Below are positions 1 through 14,742 of a DNA stretch of 64,000 nt, piece by piece. The DNA is from Macrostomum lignano. Taxonomy: Eukaryota. Both the position numbers and the translations under genes were made by a program. Location of the stretch: positions 248,001 through 312,000 of the forward strand of contig NIVC01000922.1 in the NCBI GenBank assembly GCA_002269645.1, read 5' to 3'. The stretch's first letter is position 1; the number at the start of each line of letters is the position of its first letter. The notes below the pieces were generated by a model that made no database searches, was not told the origin of the DNA, and was given only the letters and a program-made list of their open reading frames with translations.

Positions 1-1508
1 AGGAACACGGGAAAGAAGCTCATGTAGAGGATCTTGATAGACTGCTGCATACCGATGAGGATGTGAGCAAATAGTTCATAGTAGTAAGACAAGCAGCTGA
101 CAGCTAGGATGAGAACCTGCTGCAGTATGAGCATGAAAAAGGTGTACATGAACTTCAACGAGTCGGCAGAAATGTACAGCTGTCCGTTCTCAACTGTGTA
201 GAAGTAATCAGTGTAGATGAACATCGCCTCTATGAACATCATCAGCAGGTGAAAGAGGAGACTGCCAGATATCAGGCTGTCGGTGGCGTTGCTCAACGTC
301 ATCACGCTAGCAATCCACTGGAGCAGCAACCAATTTCGACGCACTGTCGGTGGCAGCAGACGGTTGGTGTAGAAGGACACCGCTAGGAAGATTATAAAGA
401 TAAACAAGAATACGAGTTGCAGAGCGAATCGCGCGTAGAACAGACCGCGCATAGCCGATAGAGCAGCCTGAGGCATTTGGGTCAGGTACAGCACGTGCGT
501 CTCATTTAGCCCGGCAACCTGAGCTATATTGCTCGAATTGAACTCTCCTCTAGTGAACACTCTGGCCGTCAGAGTGAGCACGTTGAGAAAATAGCAAAGA
601 ATCATGAGGAAAATCTGCGCGAATGCGTGCTTCGACTTCAGCGTCCACTCCCCCATTGCGTTGAAGTAGGCCTGGGCCGCTGGGCTGTGGTAGAAGTTGC
701 GCCAACTGCCCGGAATTCGTCTGTCCTTGGCGGCCTTCTCGTTCGCCATGGCGAAGTAGAGAAACGGCGACTTGCTCATCCGCGGCCCGCCGGCCCAGTG
801 GTAGGGAGTCAAGTCGAACTCTTCAATGGCAACTCGTTCGGACTTAACAACAGTCCTCACGTAGCCAGGCGCCTCCAGGTAGACTCTGGCCAGGTGGAAT
901 TTGCGCCACAGCGCCGCGTACTCCACCGGTCGCAGGCGGCTTGTCGTCGCCTCCTGGTTGAGCATCTCCAGGCACCGGCTGGGCTGAATTGCAGCCAGCT
1001 GAGCGAACAGCTCGGCTAATTTTAACTCAACCTGCTCAGACTCGAAACTGTCTCTATCGTCAAAACTGTCGGAAGAGTTCCTGTTGCAGCAGCAGCAGCA
1101 GAAGTCCACCAGTTGGAAGAGGGTCGGCCTCAGGACTCGACAGGCGTCAACTGCAGGCGATTTGGACAGCAGCTCCACGGCTGCGGACACCACCTGGAGG
1201 TTTCCTGTGATGAACAGTTCCAGCATGGGCGTTACAGAAAGGCTTTCTAGCTGATTAGGCGTGTCGGCGACTCTCAACGGACTGCTGAGCGAGTAGGTGA
1301 GCAATGATGAAGCAGACGGACTCAGTAAGATTATTAGTTGATGCGAGGTCAGCTTCTCCATGCTGACGACAAACTCGTCATAGTGCTTCGTGTACAGAAG
1401 CTCCATCATCTCGGGCCGGAAATGCCCCGCCTGCCAAATTATCCTTGGCTGCTGACTGTCCATCAGCAGTGGAGCGACGCGGTTGAAACTTCGTGGGATT
1501 TTTGACAT
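1..1508 (-). CDS. Divergent TRPV-like (OSM-9/OCR/Inactive/Nanchung-type) cation channel, partial (C-terminal part lies beyond the window start)
   Basis: Manual translation: the minus-strand frame is open from 1568 to the window edge, first ATG at 1508 (MSKIPRSF...), about 500 aa with no intron. Features: degenerate ankyrin-like helix pair (NQEATTSRLRPVEYAALWRKFHLARVYLE); pre-S1 segment YVRTVVKSERVAIEEFDLTPY...SPFLYFAM resembling the TRPV YGP..LYDLTEID..SLLE region; FYHSPAAQAYFNAMGEW; four hydrophobic helices; S4-S5-linker-like ELFAHILIGMQQSIKILYMSFFPVF. Family call is by motif recall, no search run. Confidence 0.6.
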   Translation of the reverse strand, partial: MSKIPRSFNRVAPLLMDSQQPRIIWQAGHFRPEMMELLYTKHYDEFVVSMEKLTSHQLIILLSPSASSLLTYSLSSPLRVADTPNQLESLSVTPMLELFITGNLQVVSAAVELLSKSPAVDACRVLRPTLFQLVDFCCCCCNRNSSDSFDDRDSFESEQVELKLAELFAQLAAIQPSRCLEMLNQEATTSRLRPVEYAALWRKFHLARVYLEAPGYVRTVVKSERVAIEEFDLTPYHWAGGPRMSKSPFLYFAMANEKAAKDRRIPGSWRNFYHSPAAQAYFNAMGEWTLKSKHAFAQIFLMILCYFLNVLTLTARVFTRGEFNSSNIAQVAGLNETHVLYLTQMPQAALSAMRGLFYARFALQLVFLFIFIIFLAVSFYTNRLLPPTVRRNWLLLQWIASVMTLSNATDSLISGSLLFHLLMMFIEAMFIYTDYFYTVENGQLYISADSLKFMYTFFMLILQQVLILAVSCLSYYYELFAHILIGMQQSIKILYMSFFPVF

Positions 1509-1852
1509 TGGGGAATGTAAAATTATGCTACAGAGCAATAGGACAGTGTCTGGAATTGGGAAACTTCTTCAGGATCGTTGCTTTATCAGCAGCTTCGAGA
1601 CCAGAAATTTATTGGATTCTGGATTTACATCATCCTTTCGGAAAGCCTTATCTAAGTTCTTTTGATTGCTGCTCGGATTATTCAGGTACTTCTAACTGTC
1701 AGAAAAGAAGCCAGGGGCACTGATAGTATCCCAAGTGAGGGGAGGTAATCGTACGCGCACTGAGACAGACTTTGATATTAGAGTTAAAGCGACATTGCTT
1801 GCATGGGAGGGAGAAGGCACTGGAATATCAGGGGTCAGTGTTGTGACGAGGG

Positions 1853-2390
1853 AAACAGTGGAGTGATGAAGGAGACAGTGGGGTGATGAAGAAGACAATG
1901 GGGTGATGAATAAGACAGTTAGAGTGATGAAGAAGACAGTGGGGTGATGAAGAAGACAGTGGGGGTGATGAAGAAGACAGTGGGGGTGATAAAGAAGACA
2001 GTGGGGTGATGAAGAAGACAGTGGGGTGATGAAGAAGACTGTGGGGTGATGAAGAAGACAGTGGGGGTGATGAAGAAGACAGTGGGGGTGATGAAGAAGA
2101 CAGTGGGGTGATGAAGAAGACAGTGGGGTGATGAAGAAGACAGTGGGGTGATGAAGAAGACAGTGGGGTGATGAAGAAGACAGTGGGGTGATGAAGAAGA
2201 CAGTGGGGGTGATGAAGAAGACAGTGGGTGATGAAGAAGACAGTGGGGTGATGAAGAAGACAGTGGGGGTGATGAAGAAGACAGTGGGGTGATGAAGAAG
2301 ACAGTGGGGTGATGAAGAAGACAGTGGGGGTGATGAAGAAGACAGTGGGGTGATGAAGAAGACAGTGGGGTGATGAAGAAGACAGTGGGT
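1853..2390. repeat. 20-bp minisatellite GGGGTGATGAAGAAGACAGT
   Basis: About 26 tandem units of 19-21 bp. Confidence 0.95.
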
Positions 2391-2861
2391 GTTAAAAGAG
2401 ACAAATTATTTCATGCACTTAGGATACTACTACTCGTAATAAGTACAAAGGCAGGCATTGATGATTTTAATAAAACCTCAGGCAAAGAAAGGCCAATGAA
2501 TCGCGGTGACGCATTTTTCGGAGCAAAAACCATCACATAACTTGTGAATTATTTTCTGGTCGGAAAAAAGAAAGCAATCCGCATACCGTACCGGGGCATT
2601 ACTGGTCGGCTGAAAGCTTTTCAGACCGGTTGCTGGGACGAGGGACAAAGTGAAAAGGTTTTTTTCGAGTTTAACAAGGGTTTCTAAACCGAAATGTACA
2701 CACAAGCAGTGCCCGAAGATTTCTTGAAAGAATTTGCTGACTTAGCTACTGAACGCAAGAAAAAATGTACCAGCTGCACTTTTAAAATCTGTGAAGCCAA
2801 GACGTCTGGTACTGCCTTAGTATTTTTATATTTCAAGGCAGATGCGAAGATGTTGTACAAA

Positions 2862-3552
2862 TTGAGGGTAGATTGGGTAAATTGAGGGGTAGATTGGGTA
2901 GATCAAGGGGTAGATTGGATAGATCGAAGGGTAGATTGGGTAGATCGAGGGTTAGATTGGGTAGATCGAGGGGTAGATTGGATAGATCGAGGGGTAGATT
3001 GGGTAGATCGAGGGGTAGATTGGGTAGATCGAGGGTTAGATTGGGTAGATCGAGGGGTAGATTGGGTAGATCGAGGGGTAGATTGGGTAGATCGAGGGGT
3101 AGATTGGGTAGATCGAGGGGTAGATTGGGTAGATCGAGGGGTAGATTGGGTAGATCGAAGGGTAGATTGGGTAGATCGAGGGTTAGATTGGGTAGATCGA
3201 GGGGTAGATTGGGTAGATCGAGGGGTAGATTGGGTAGATCGAGGGGTAGATTGGGTAGATCGAGGGGTAGATTGGGTAGATCGAGGGGTAGATTGGGTAG
3301 ATCGAGGGGTAGATTGGGTAGATCGAGGGGTAGATTGGGTAGATCGAGGGGTAGATTGGGTAGATCGAGGGGTAGATTGGGTAGATCGAGGGGTAGATTG
3401 GGCAGATCGAGGGGTAGATTGGGCAGATCAAGGGGTAGATTGGGTAGATTGGGTAGATCGAGGGTTAGATTGGGTAGATCGAGGGGTAGATTGGGTAGAT
3501 TGGGTAGATCGAGGGTTAGATTGGGTAGATCGAGGGGTAGATTGGGTAGATC
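2862..3552. repeat. 21-bp minisatellite AGATTGGGTAGATCGAGGGGT
   Basis: About 33 units. Confidence 0.95.
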
Positions 3553-4340
3553 AAGAGATAGATCGAGAAGGAGATTAGATGGATCCACGGGTAGGCAGAA
3601 AATGGATGGGTATATCGGGTAGAGTAAGGTGTAGGTTGGGTAGATCCAGGAAAAGATTGGGTAGATCGAGCGGCAGACAGGTAGACAGGGAATGATGAAG
3701 AAAGTCCAATAGATTTAAAGTGGACAGACGCAACAAAGAAGCAAATTGAAACAAAGCAAACAAAAAAGTCAGCACAAATTTTTGCAGTCCCTATTCGTGC
3801 AGTCCCACAATTTGACCCCGCGAGTAGAAGCAAAAACATTTCCAACCGACAGAGGCCAATTTCTGCGGTTAAGGCAGACCAATTACGCTGTTGCTATGCT
3901 TGGTTTACGTCCTCCCCCTGCTATCTGCTTTCCTCTATTAATATCTGCTTTCCAGCCCCCACCCCAAACGCAAAAAGGCTAAGAGACATCTGGATCGTAT
4001 TTGCAGGCGGCTTTGGCACCGAAACTGTGCCCCCAATCTGATGTCTCGAAATGGAAAAGTACAAATGTGTGCACGAAAACTAGAATACGGAGAGGGGAAC
4101 GAGCTAACGGATTTGGGAGGCAGAAACTGTCCCGTAGCTTGCAAATCGAAAAAGAAGAGAGAGAGATGGAGGCCCTGGAGATTGATGTCACGCAACGTGT
4201 GTGAATACGACAAATATTTTTTAGCTCGTAACGAACTTTTTCTGCGGACTTGCTCTTCAGTGAAGTGTGCTGATCTATGAGGCATTGAAGTGTTGGCTTC
4301 TCCAGGAGTCTCAGGCTCGAATCAGGAGTCAGGAGAAATT

Positions 4341-4806
4341 TTCTGATCTCTCTGATCTCTCTGATGTCTCTGATGTCTCTGATCTCTCTGATGTCTCTGA
4401 TCTCTCTCTGATCTCTCTGATCTCTCTGATCTCTCTTATCTCTCTGATGTCTCTGATCTCTCTGATCTCTCTGATCTCTCTGATCTCTCTGATATCTCTC
4501 TGATCTCTCTGATCTCTCTCTGATCTCTCTCTGATCTCTCTCTGATCTCTCTCTGATCTCTCTCTGATCTCTGATCTCTCTCTGATCTCTCTGATCTCTC
4601 TGATCTCTCTCTGATCTCTCTCTGATCTCTCTCTGATTTCTCTCTGATCTCTCTCTGATCTCTCTGATCTCTCTGATCTCTCGAATCTCTCTGATCTCTC
4701 TGATTTCTCTGATCTCTCTGATCTCTCTCTGATCTCTCGGATCTCTCTGATCTCTCTGATCTCTCTGATCTCTCTGATCTCTCTCTGATCTCTCGGATCT
4801 CTCTGA
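4341..4806. repeat. 9/11-bp repeat CTGATCTCT(CT)
   Basis: Tandem, visible directly. Confidence 0.95.
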
Positions 4807-5450
4807 GCCTCTTTTGAAAGAAGAATAATTGATATCCAGCCGATAGCCTAATTCAAAAATAGCTGTTCAAGACTGCACTTCTGCCGGGAATCCATACGCG
4901 CATAAAACATTGAAAGCGTTCCGCTCCAGTTAAGCCGTCAGGAAATGCTTGGCTGATTATTTTCTATGCATTCGAACCCCAAGCAAAGACTACAGGGTCG
5001 CCAAACCCTGCCTATGGGAATAACTGAGTAAAACAGATTTCTTTCCTCTTTTCCTTCGCGATTCGGCGAGGTTAAACTGAAAAAAAGGCGCGCGATATGC
5101 AGGGGTGCGGGCTCTCTGGACTTCAAGTCCAGGTTCAGACCAGTCAGATAGGGTCTGCATGGCAGGCGGTTTGGGACTTAAGCTGGGATGAAAATCATTT
5201 TCTATATTCCCCACTGCGACCGAGGCGGAGACCCCAGCGGCCGGACAGGAGGGGAGTGACTTTTTTGGAGGGGACGGCTGGGGGATGGAGATTCGTGGGG
5301 GACTTGGGGGTCGCACACACACGCTCGTAAAACACGCACCAATATTCGTGGACTTCTACCGATAAAATTTGGAGTGGAACGTTTCAGATGACTAGATAAA
5401 TAGATTGACGAGCGAGATGATAAAAGGATCGGGCAGGGAAAGAGAGGGAG

Positions 5451-6358
5451 AGGGAGAGAGCGGATGGAGGAGAGAATCGGGAGGGAGAGAGGGAGAGAGC
5501 GGATGGAGGAGAGAATCGGGGAGAGAGAGAGAAAGAGAGCGGATGGAGGAGAGAATCGGGGAGAGAGAGAGAAAGAGAGCGGATGGAGGAGAGAATCGGG
5601 GAGAGAGAGAGAAAGAGAGCGGATGGAGGAAAGAATCGGGGAGAGAGAGAGAAAGAGAGCGGATGGAGGAGAGAATCGGGGAGAGAGAGAGAGAAAGAGA
5701 GCGGATGGAGGAGAGAATCGGAGAAAGAGGGAGGGAGAGGGCGGATGGAGGAGAGAATCGGGGAGGGAGAGAGGGAGAGGGCGGATGGAGGAGAGAATCG
5801 GAGAAAGAGAGAGGGAGAGGGCGGATGGAGGAGAGAATCGGAGAAAGAGAGAGGGAGAGGGCGGATGGAAGAGAGAATCGGAGAAAGAGAGAGGGAGAGG
5901 GCGGATGGAAGAGAGAATCGGAGAAAGAGAGAGGGAGAGGGCGGATGGAAGAGAGAATCGGAGAAAGAGAGAGGGAGAGGGCGGATGGAAGAGAGAATCG
6001 GAGAAAGAGAGAGGGAGAGGGCGGATGGAGGAGAGAATCGGAGAAAGAGAGAGGGAGAGGGCGGATGGAAGAGAGAATCGGAGAAAGAGAGAGGGAGAGG
6101 GCGGATAGAGGAGAGAATCGGAGAAAGAGATAGGGAGAGGGCGGATGGAGGAGAGAATCGGAGAAAGAGAGAAGGAGAGGGCGGATGGAGGAGAGAATCG
6201 GGGAGGGAGAGAGGGAGAGGGCGGATGGAGGAGAGAATCGGGGAGGGAGAGAGGGAGAGGGCGGATGGAGGAGAGAATCGGGGAGGGAGAGAGGGAGAGA
6301 GCGGATGGAGCTGAGAATCGGGGAGAGCGGATGGAGGAGAGCATCGGGGAGAGAGAGA
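5451..6358. repeat. About 40-bp polypurine minisatellite GCGGATGGAGGAGAGAATCGG-(GA-rich)
   Basis: About 22 units, nearly all purine on the plus strand. Confidence 0.95.
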
Positions 6359-7167
6359 GAGTAATCTTCGAGCAGTGTAAATTAAAATAGCAAACAACTT
6401 CTTGCAGCTGATAAGGATAAAAAGCAGGAAAAAGCCGTGAATTTTTTCCTGGCAGAGTTTCTCATCCAAGTTGCAAGTTCAAAAGCAGTCCTTGTTCCCA
6501 GCCAACACCCAGCCAACCAGCAAACCACGGCAAACCCTCCCTTGCTGTGGTCCCATCCGCTTGTTTATCGTGAGGGCCGCATAAGACAGCAACACGGAGC
6601 CATATAACAAAGAATCCAACATATATGGAGTTCAAGCCTGCCTGCACAAGCGCCACCAATGTGCAAACGCCTCAGACTCAGTAAGGAGCCAGTGTGCGCT
6701 ATATTTTGGTAGCTTTCGGTGGAAAGACCAACTGCTTCAGAAATAGGAAAGTTATTTATTCGATATAGAGCTTAATTCAAACAGCATTTTAATGCACTGC
6801 ATCTGTTTCCATTAAATGAATAGCAAACTTCAGTTAAAGTTTTAGTAAAAGTATCTCTCAGACCGATAAAATGAAGACTGAACAACGTTGAGGTAAGTTA
6901 TGGGTATTTTATCTTTTATGATAGATAGATAGATAGATAGATAGAGAAACTACCTGCTGGAACCAGCTATGCCGAACGAAAATCAGACTACTCAAGTAGT
7001 GCAAAAGAGTACGTGCAACTACCGAGAAATCTAATTTTCGTAACCGCTCCGGTGCAGGTCCTGGCTATAGATAGTAGATAGCGAGAAAGAGCGAGCGAAG
7101 CGAGCTCTTTCGAGCTTGCTTGCCGCAGCCAATCAAGCTGAAAGCACGCACACAAGATCACCGGAAA

Positions 7168-8426
<1,259 letters not shown>

Positions 8427-8960
8427 ACAACACAGCCATGACAGCGCTCTTATTCCAGTGCTGCACTGAACTGAGATAGGGAATGCCCGTCTCTGCACTG
8501 AAAAGTTGTAAAATACGAGCTAGGAATTTCCAACCTCGTTTGCAAATCTACCTCTCACTCGCTGCTCTGTATCTCTGCTCGTCTTTTTGAGAAAGAAATT
8601 CTAAATTTGAATTACACGAGCAACTGATGCCCAGGTGGGCAGCTGCGCACACCGAGTGCAAAGCTAAAGTATAGAGTTTTTCCTTTGGCTGTGTGCGATG
8701 GAGAGAGAGACGACCGAAAAGTCAACAACATGCTGTATTTTCATCAGGAATATAATGCCAAAAAGATTAAATATGAGCCCGAGCCTGCCCGAGCGGCGCC
8801 CACACGCAGAGGAGCGGCGTACCACCTTAGCGAACCTGTGATTAAGTTGATAATAGTTAAAACTTTTTCTCATTTTTATTCAAGATGGCATTTCATTTAG
8901 CGTAAGTCGTGAAATTTCAAACACCTAATTCTTGTTGTTTTAATTTGTTTGTATTTACAG

Positions 8961-9051
8961 TTACAAGCGAGCACCTTTATTGGCAGCGGCAGCATCTGAA
9001 AGTTAGTCAAAACAATTTAAGAATGACGGCTAGAACTTCGGACACAAAAAA
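8961..9051 (+). CDS. PRKG1: Candidate PKG upstream mini-exon (MTARTSDTK[K], ATG at 9023)
   Basis: Acceptor ttgtatttacag at 8960 and donor AA|GTAAGT at 9052. Phase 2 joins the acceptor at 14742 in frame (AA+A=Lys, then MSALITE). Preceded by a 59-nt GTAAGT...TACAG intron (8902-8960). Confidence 0.55.
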
Positions 9052-9196
9052 GTAAGTAATTTATTGTTTATATTTTTTCTTTTAGTACCCCATAAATTCA
9101 TACCTTTTTCTTAGTTTCTAAACTTGATTTTGAAAAGATACGAGCATAATTTGTTTGAATCAGTTTCTACAGTGGCCTGCATTGTAATATAGCACC

Positions 9197-9358
9197 CCTC
9201 TCCCTGCCTCTCCCCTCTCACTGCCTCTCCCCTCTCACTGCCTCTGCCCTCTCACTGCCTCTCCCCTCTCCCTGCCTTTACCCTCTTCCTGCCTCTCCCC
9301 TCTCCCTGCCTCTCCCCTCTCCCTGCCTCTCCCCTCTCCCTGCCTCTCCCCTCTCCCT
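9197..9358. repeat. 17-bp pyrimidine-rich repeat CCTCTCCCCTCTCCCTG
   Basis: About 9 units. Confidence 0.9.
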
Positions 9359-10708
9359 GTTTACAACAAAATTTACAACAAATCTCCAATCTGTTCAATT
9401 TCCAAGTTCTCCTAGGAATCTCCAAGTTCTCAGTCTATCATCACACCTTGAGCACATCTCATACTCCGCTCCCCAATGCTCTTCTCTTTCTCCTTCTGTT
9501 CCTGTTTTTCCATCTTGCATCTCCGAAAAAGCAACATTTCTATTTAGATCTTTGAATAGAAATACGCAAAGTTTCACCTCTGCCAAAGGCTGCAACTCAC
9601 CTGTCATCAATCATCCGAATTTCGATATAATATCGTATATTTTCTTTCACTCACCTTCGCTGCTGCCATCGACACTTCATCCTTCCCGTTAATTGCCCCC
9701 CTCCCTCCCACAAGGCAATCAGTCATCGCCTAGTCTGGAGCCTCAGTTCGCACTGGCTGATTTGCATTCTATCCTGGAGCTCCAACTATAATAAGAGCAT
9801 ATTACTCATAGCAGTAGGTTAATCGGGGTCGATAATGACTAATTGATTACTAACTGACAGTTGGTGCTGAGCTGTCTAGGATTTGTGGGCTTCGTTGATT
9901 TAATTAACCTGTCTAGATGTAGAATTCAAGCTATCGAGAATCAATGACCTTTAATGTGAACTTGATTGGGAGAATATATTGGATTAAGATTGCAAATTTC
10001 AATCGAATATCTCTCGCTACGGACTTCCGAATCCCAAATGAAGCAAGAATGTGTTCTCTGGGACGCACTCACAAGTTTATCAGAATTCCGCGATAAAAAC
10101 AACTGGAAACTTAGAAGCAGCCTTCAACGTTAGCTGTCCCTGTCCCCCCGGATTTAGCTGTCCATGGCATCAATATCGAAAATCAAGACTAATCCCTTAT
10201 CCATTAGAAGTCAGACTTGCTTGTAATGTGACGACCGAAAGGAACAAGGAAGGTACGCTCGTACTTGTTAGTCAGTTTTGCAAGACTGAGAAAAAGGCAC
10301 GCAAAACATGGGATGGTGCAGGGAGACCTGTCTCGGATTAAAATAGTGAAAAAAACAACAAATAGTGCGATGATCCACGAATGTCGTAAATTTTATATGG
10401 GGACTCGTTAAATTAGTTGCTTTGAGCTTCAATTCCTCCGTCTTGCTTCCTTTTAAGATCCTGTGATCCGAAACTTCAAGCCCAACTGCGTGACTGACAA
10501 GCTACTTTGTTTGACTTGTTCGACGTGCTTTTTTGTAGTATTCCTTTCCGGGTCTTGGGAAACTGAGTTATTTGCTTTTTTTCCAACTAGACATTGAACA
10601 GACGGGCCCCGATGTTTAGATCAGTTTGTGTAATATACAAAACTTATCAATATACAGACACTGTCATATCTAGCTCACGGTGCGAGACTGGATATTGGGA
10701 TCTAGTAT

Positions 10709-10940
<232 letters not shown>

Positions 10941-11534
10941 TTTCGTCCTCCACTTAATTTATTTGCTCGACTATTTGATACTACTAGCAGTAGAAGTAGC
11001 GGTTCAATTGACTACTATACAGTGCGCCCAGTAAGCTGAGTTTCAATTTGTTAAACTACACGCGCATTTTTAAGAGATCTTCAGGTATCTTCAGAAATAC
11101 ACTAAGCTGGTTAAAATCTAGCCACCTTTCGAGAGAACCATTCACCCGATAGCGTGCAGGGCTATAAAAATGTTTACCAGTGTAGTTGCCTGAAATAGTC
11201 GTAAATGTTGTCTCCATGTTTAATTGACGCTTGAAATTAACGGTCAGACTGATTGATGGCCTGATGTGTTTCAGTAATTGGCACACTTACGAGCTCGTAG
11301 AAACCTACAAGCCAGTGTGGTGCAGTAATTCACACGTCAAATTGTACAGAGTGTACTTATTGAATTTTTGCTACGTCTTTCGACTAGAACGTAATAAACA
11401 ATGTTGCAACGAATCTTGTATACTCGTACATCATGAAATCATTATTGAAGGTGTCTTTGTCTCCTTATGCTTAGAATTGATTTCTGTGTCTTTGATCGGG
11501 CGCTTTTGACTTTGAATTGGTGCCTGTCTGGGTC

Positions 11535-11975
11535 TTTGATTTGGCACCACTGACTTTGATTTGGCACATGTGACCTTGATTTGGCAACTGTGACTTTGAT
11601 TTGGCAACGGTGTCTTTGATTGGAAACGTTGTCTTTGATTTGGCAACGGTGTCTTTGATTTGGCAACTGTGTCTTTGCTTTGGCAACTGTGTCTTTGCTT
11701 TGTCAACTGTGTCTTTGCTTTGTCAACTGTGTCTTTGCTTTGGCAACTGTGTCTTTGCTTTGTCAACTGTGTCTTTGCTTTGTCAACTGTGTCTTTGCTT
11801 TGTCAACTGTGTCTTTGCTTTGTCAACTGTGTCTTTGCTTTGGCAACTGTGACTTTGATTTGTCAACTGTGTCTTTGCTTTGTCAACTGTGTCTTTGCTT
11901 TGGCAACTGTCTTTAATTTGACAGCTGTGTCTTTTGTTTAACACCCGTGTCTTTGATTTGCAACTGTGTCTTTGA
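11535..11975. repeat. 20-bp minisatellite TTGGCAACTGTGTCTTTGCT
   Basis: About 22 units with degenerate edges. Confidence 0.93.
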
Positions 11976-12868
11976 ATTCGTGCCTCCATTTTTAAGAAAA
12001 CATCTCCAAGTTCTAACTGAGCATCTCCATTCTTTTGACGTTTGACGTCGGCATCATCCAGAGCAATAAAGCTGTCAATCTTGCCAATTTAACTCGCAGC
12101 ACAAACGTTAGAAAATTAATAATTCTTAGGCAGCTTCTAAAGACCATTGCAAACAAAAAGTATCAAGCAAACTGAATTCCAGATTGCAAATCTTCACGTA
12201 CATACTCTGTACACTATATTTATAAAGGCAAGCCTATAAAATAGCACAGAAAAATCAGTAGAATTTATTATACTGGTTGGCTCTCAGACCGAAAAATCCT
12301 ATCTTTGACCTCTTATCAAGCATTCTGGCTGTGTCGGTGGCTAGAGCCTGTTTTGGATCTCTCTTAGCTACAGTTACTCCATGGCTGCTCATATATAAAT
12401 CTGGGGTAAATATTGCTGAGCAGCAAAACGCATGAATAGAGAAGAGATTGAGCTAATAAATAAGAAGACTTCACACCGCAGCGCGCACGGAGTCAAAGGC
12501 AAGAGAGCGAGGGTACAAGGGGGGGGGGGCAAGGGGGCAGGTGAGCGACGCCCAGAAACAGTTGAAGCACAATCATAACAGATTGTGAAGTGGGCTCTTC
12601 AGCGTTTGCCAAATAGCGTTTCCATTATCAGTTGATTCTGCCGGGCTATCATCGTCCAATAGAAATCGAGTGCGAGAAAGAGTGACGGAGGGTAAAGAGT
12701 GAGGCAGACGTCCACTTCACACGGGCTGTTGACTGCATGCTTAGACTGTGTGCTAAGCGCTCTTGTAAGACAATTTTTAAGTGCTGAAGTTGACAAACGA
12801 AAGAATTAGAAAGTCAAAACTTTTATTCAAGGTGAAAACTTTTGGTGGAACTGCAGCTCCTATTTCCA

Positions 12869-12942
12869 ATGTCCAAAGACAAAGAAAAGAAGAAGGACAG
12901 GAGCTGGTCCTTTCTGGCCGGCTCTGGGGAGAGCAAGGTTAA
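12869..12942 (+). CDS. PRKG1: Candidate alternative PKG first coding exon (MSKDKEKKKDRSWSFLAGSGESKV[K])
   Basis: First ATG after an in-frame stop; ends at AA|GTGAGT; phase 2, in frame with the acceptor at 14742. Confidence 0.55.
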
Positions 12943-13024
12943 GTGAGTTCAGTTTTTTGTAATCTTTCGTAGCTACGTAGATCTGCCGTCTTCCCATCTG
13001 TTCCTTCGGTCACCCACCAGCAGT

Positions 13025-13470
13025 CCCTTCAGATGTAGCCCCATTGGATCTTACTTACAGTAACATGACATGCAGTCCCTTCAGATTTAACCCCAACGGA
13101 TCTTACAGTAACATGACATGCAGTCCCTTCAGATGTAACAAACCTCAACGGATCTTACAGTAACATGACATGCAGTCCCTTCAAATGTAACAAACCTCAA
13201 CGGATCTTACAGTAACATGATATGCAGTCCCTTCAGATTTAACCCCAACGAATCTTACAGTAACATGACATGCAGTCCCTTCAGATTTAACCCCAACGGA
13301 TCTTACAGTAACATGGCATGCAGTCCCTTCAGATGTAACCCCATCGGATCTTACAGTAGCATGACATGCAGTCCCTTCAGATGTAACCCCATCGGATCTT
13401 ACAGTAGCATGACATGCAGTCCCTTCAGATGTAAGAACCCCCATCTGCAGTCCTTCAGTAACCCATCTGA
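13025..13470. repeat. 48-bp minisatellite CTTACAGTAACATGACATGCAGTCCCTTCAGAT...
   Basis: About 9 units. Confidence 0.93.
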
Positions 13471-14742
13471 CTACTCTGCTGTAGCCTAATTGTACATTTC
13501 GCAGTGCAATGAAGGTCAGAATAGTCCAAACAAGCGTCAAAAAGCTTAAGGACACTTTATATTTCTACTTTAACCACAAAAAACTTCTCAATAAGCACTA
13601 TGCCAATAAAATAATTATTATTGTGCAACTGTGCAGTACACCAGAGTATATGTACACGATGGGAATGGCAGACAGACGTGTTTCACGCGATAGCAGAGTG
13701 CCAAAAGTGCCTTTTGTGAGCCGCGAATGTGGAATCCGGCCATACACTCCGTACTCAGCGTGCTTGAGCTGTCGGCAACTATACTTATTGTTCTCTATTT
13801 TTATTGTAGTTTTTTGCCGAACGAGCTTACACAACCATGAAGTTTTTTTGGCTAAACCCTAAGAGGAGTTAATTGTAAGAGAGCCTTGGTTCATACTCTT
13901 CCATACCTAGGTACAAGGTACCTAGGTACCAAAGTAGTGTTAGTATACACCTAGATACACGGTAGACACAGGAAAAATACATTAATTGCCATACTCAAAA
14001 ACATAAAAAAGTCGCCACTTTTGAGAGTGCGCAGTAAATTCTTGATCCACGCGACGCAGAGTTGGGCTGGGTGAGGAGGGATCGGGAAGAGCATAGAGCA
14101 AAATGGTTGGCCAGGTGATAGACGCTGGTTGAAAGACACTGCTGACGAGGGCAAAGGGTGGCGGGCAATTCTTCAATGCTGCTGAGTATATTTCTCTGTT
14201 AAAACTTAGTGTGTAGAAAATTAATACGTAGTTGTAGTTCTAGAAATGTAATCGCAATAGCAAAAAGGTCCTAGTTCTGGTTAAGTTTACGCTAGTATGT
14301 TTAAAAAATTTTAAGATGTACATCTGCTATAAATATGCAGATAATGTAAATAAATACCTTACCATTCAAGTTGCGTATAGTAATAAGTAAAGAGTGTTTA
14401 TTATCTTATGGTCCCTGATTTGGCTTGTTAATTGTAGGATGGAGGCCTCTAATCAGAAAAACGCTGGAATGTACATTCGCACTGTACATTCTAACCCCGC
14501 TAGATGGGAAGAGGTTGGGGTAGCGGGGCAGCCAGTCACACAGTTTTACGATCTGGCATGACTTCCATGAACCCCAATCCCCCCACCAGCTTGGTGTACA
14601 TTGATTAGCTTTGTACACCAGTCCCCTTAGATAGAGTTTAAGAGGAACCGGACGACCCTGGACCCCCGTTGTTTTTTTAAACTATTTAAATAAACAAGAA
14701 GCAATTATATTCCACCCTGTCACCCTCGCTGCCCCAAACAGA

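Noticed and set aside
1569-1898. Possible N-terminal extension of the TRP-like frame
   Set aside because: The same frame has stops at 1569-1571 and 1692-1694, and the acceptor near 1696 is followed by a stop; more likely UTR or intron.
2470-5330. Coding-like scraps between arrays (2694-2885, about 3690-4040, 4990-5322)
   Set aside because: Could not be linked to the TRP-like gene or to each other by compatible splice sites.
12431-12546. Donor-like GCAG|GTGAGC after a short ORF (also AG|GTAAGT near 6892)
   Set aside because: Phase 1, or preceded by a stop, so incompatible with the phase-2 acceptor at 14742; could only be UTR exons and this cannot be shown here.
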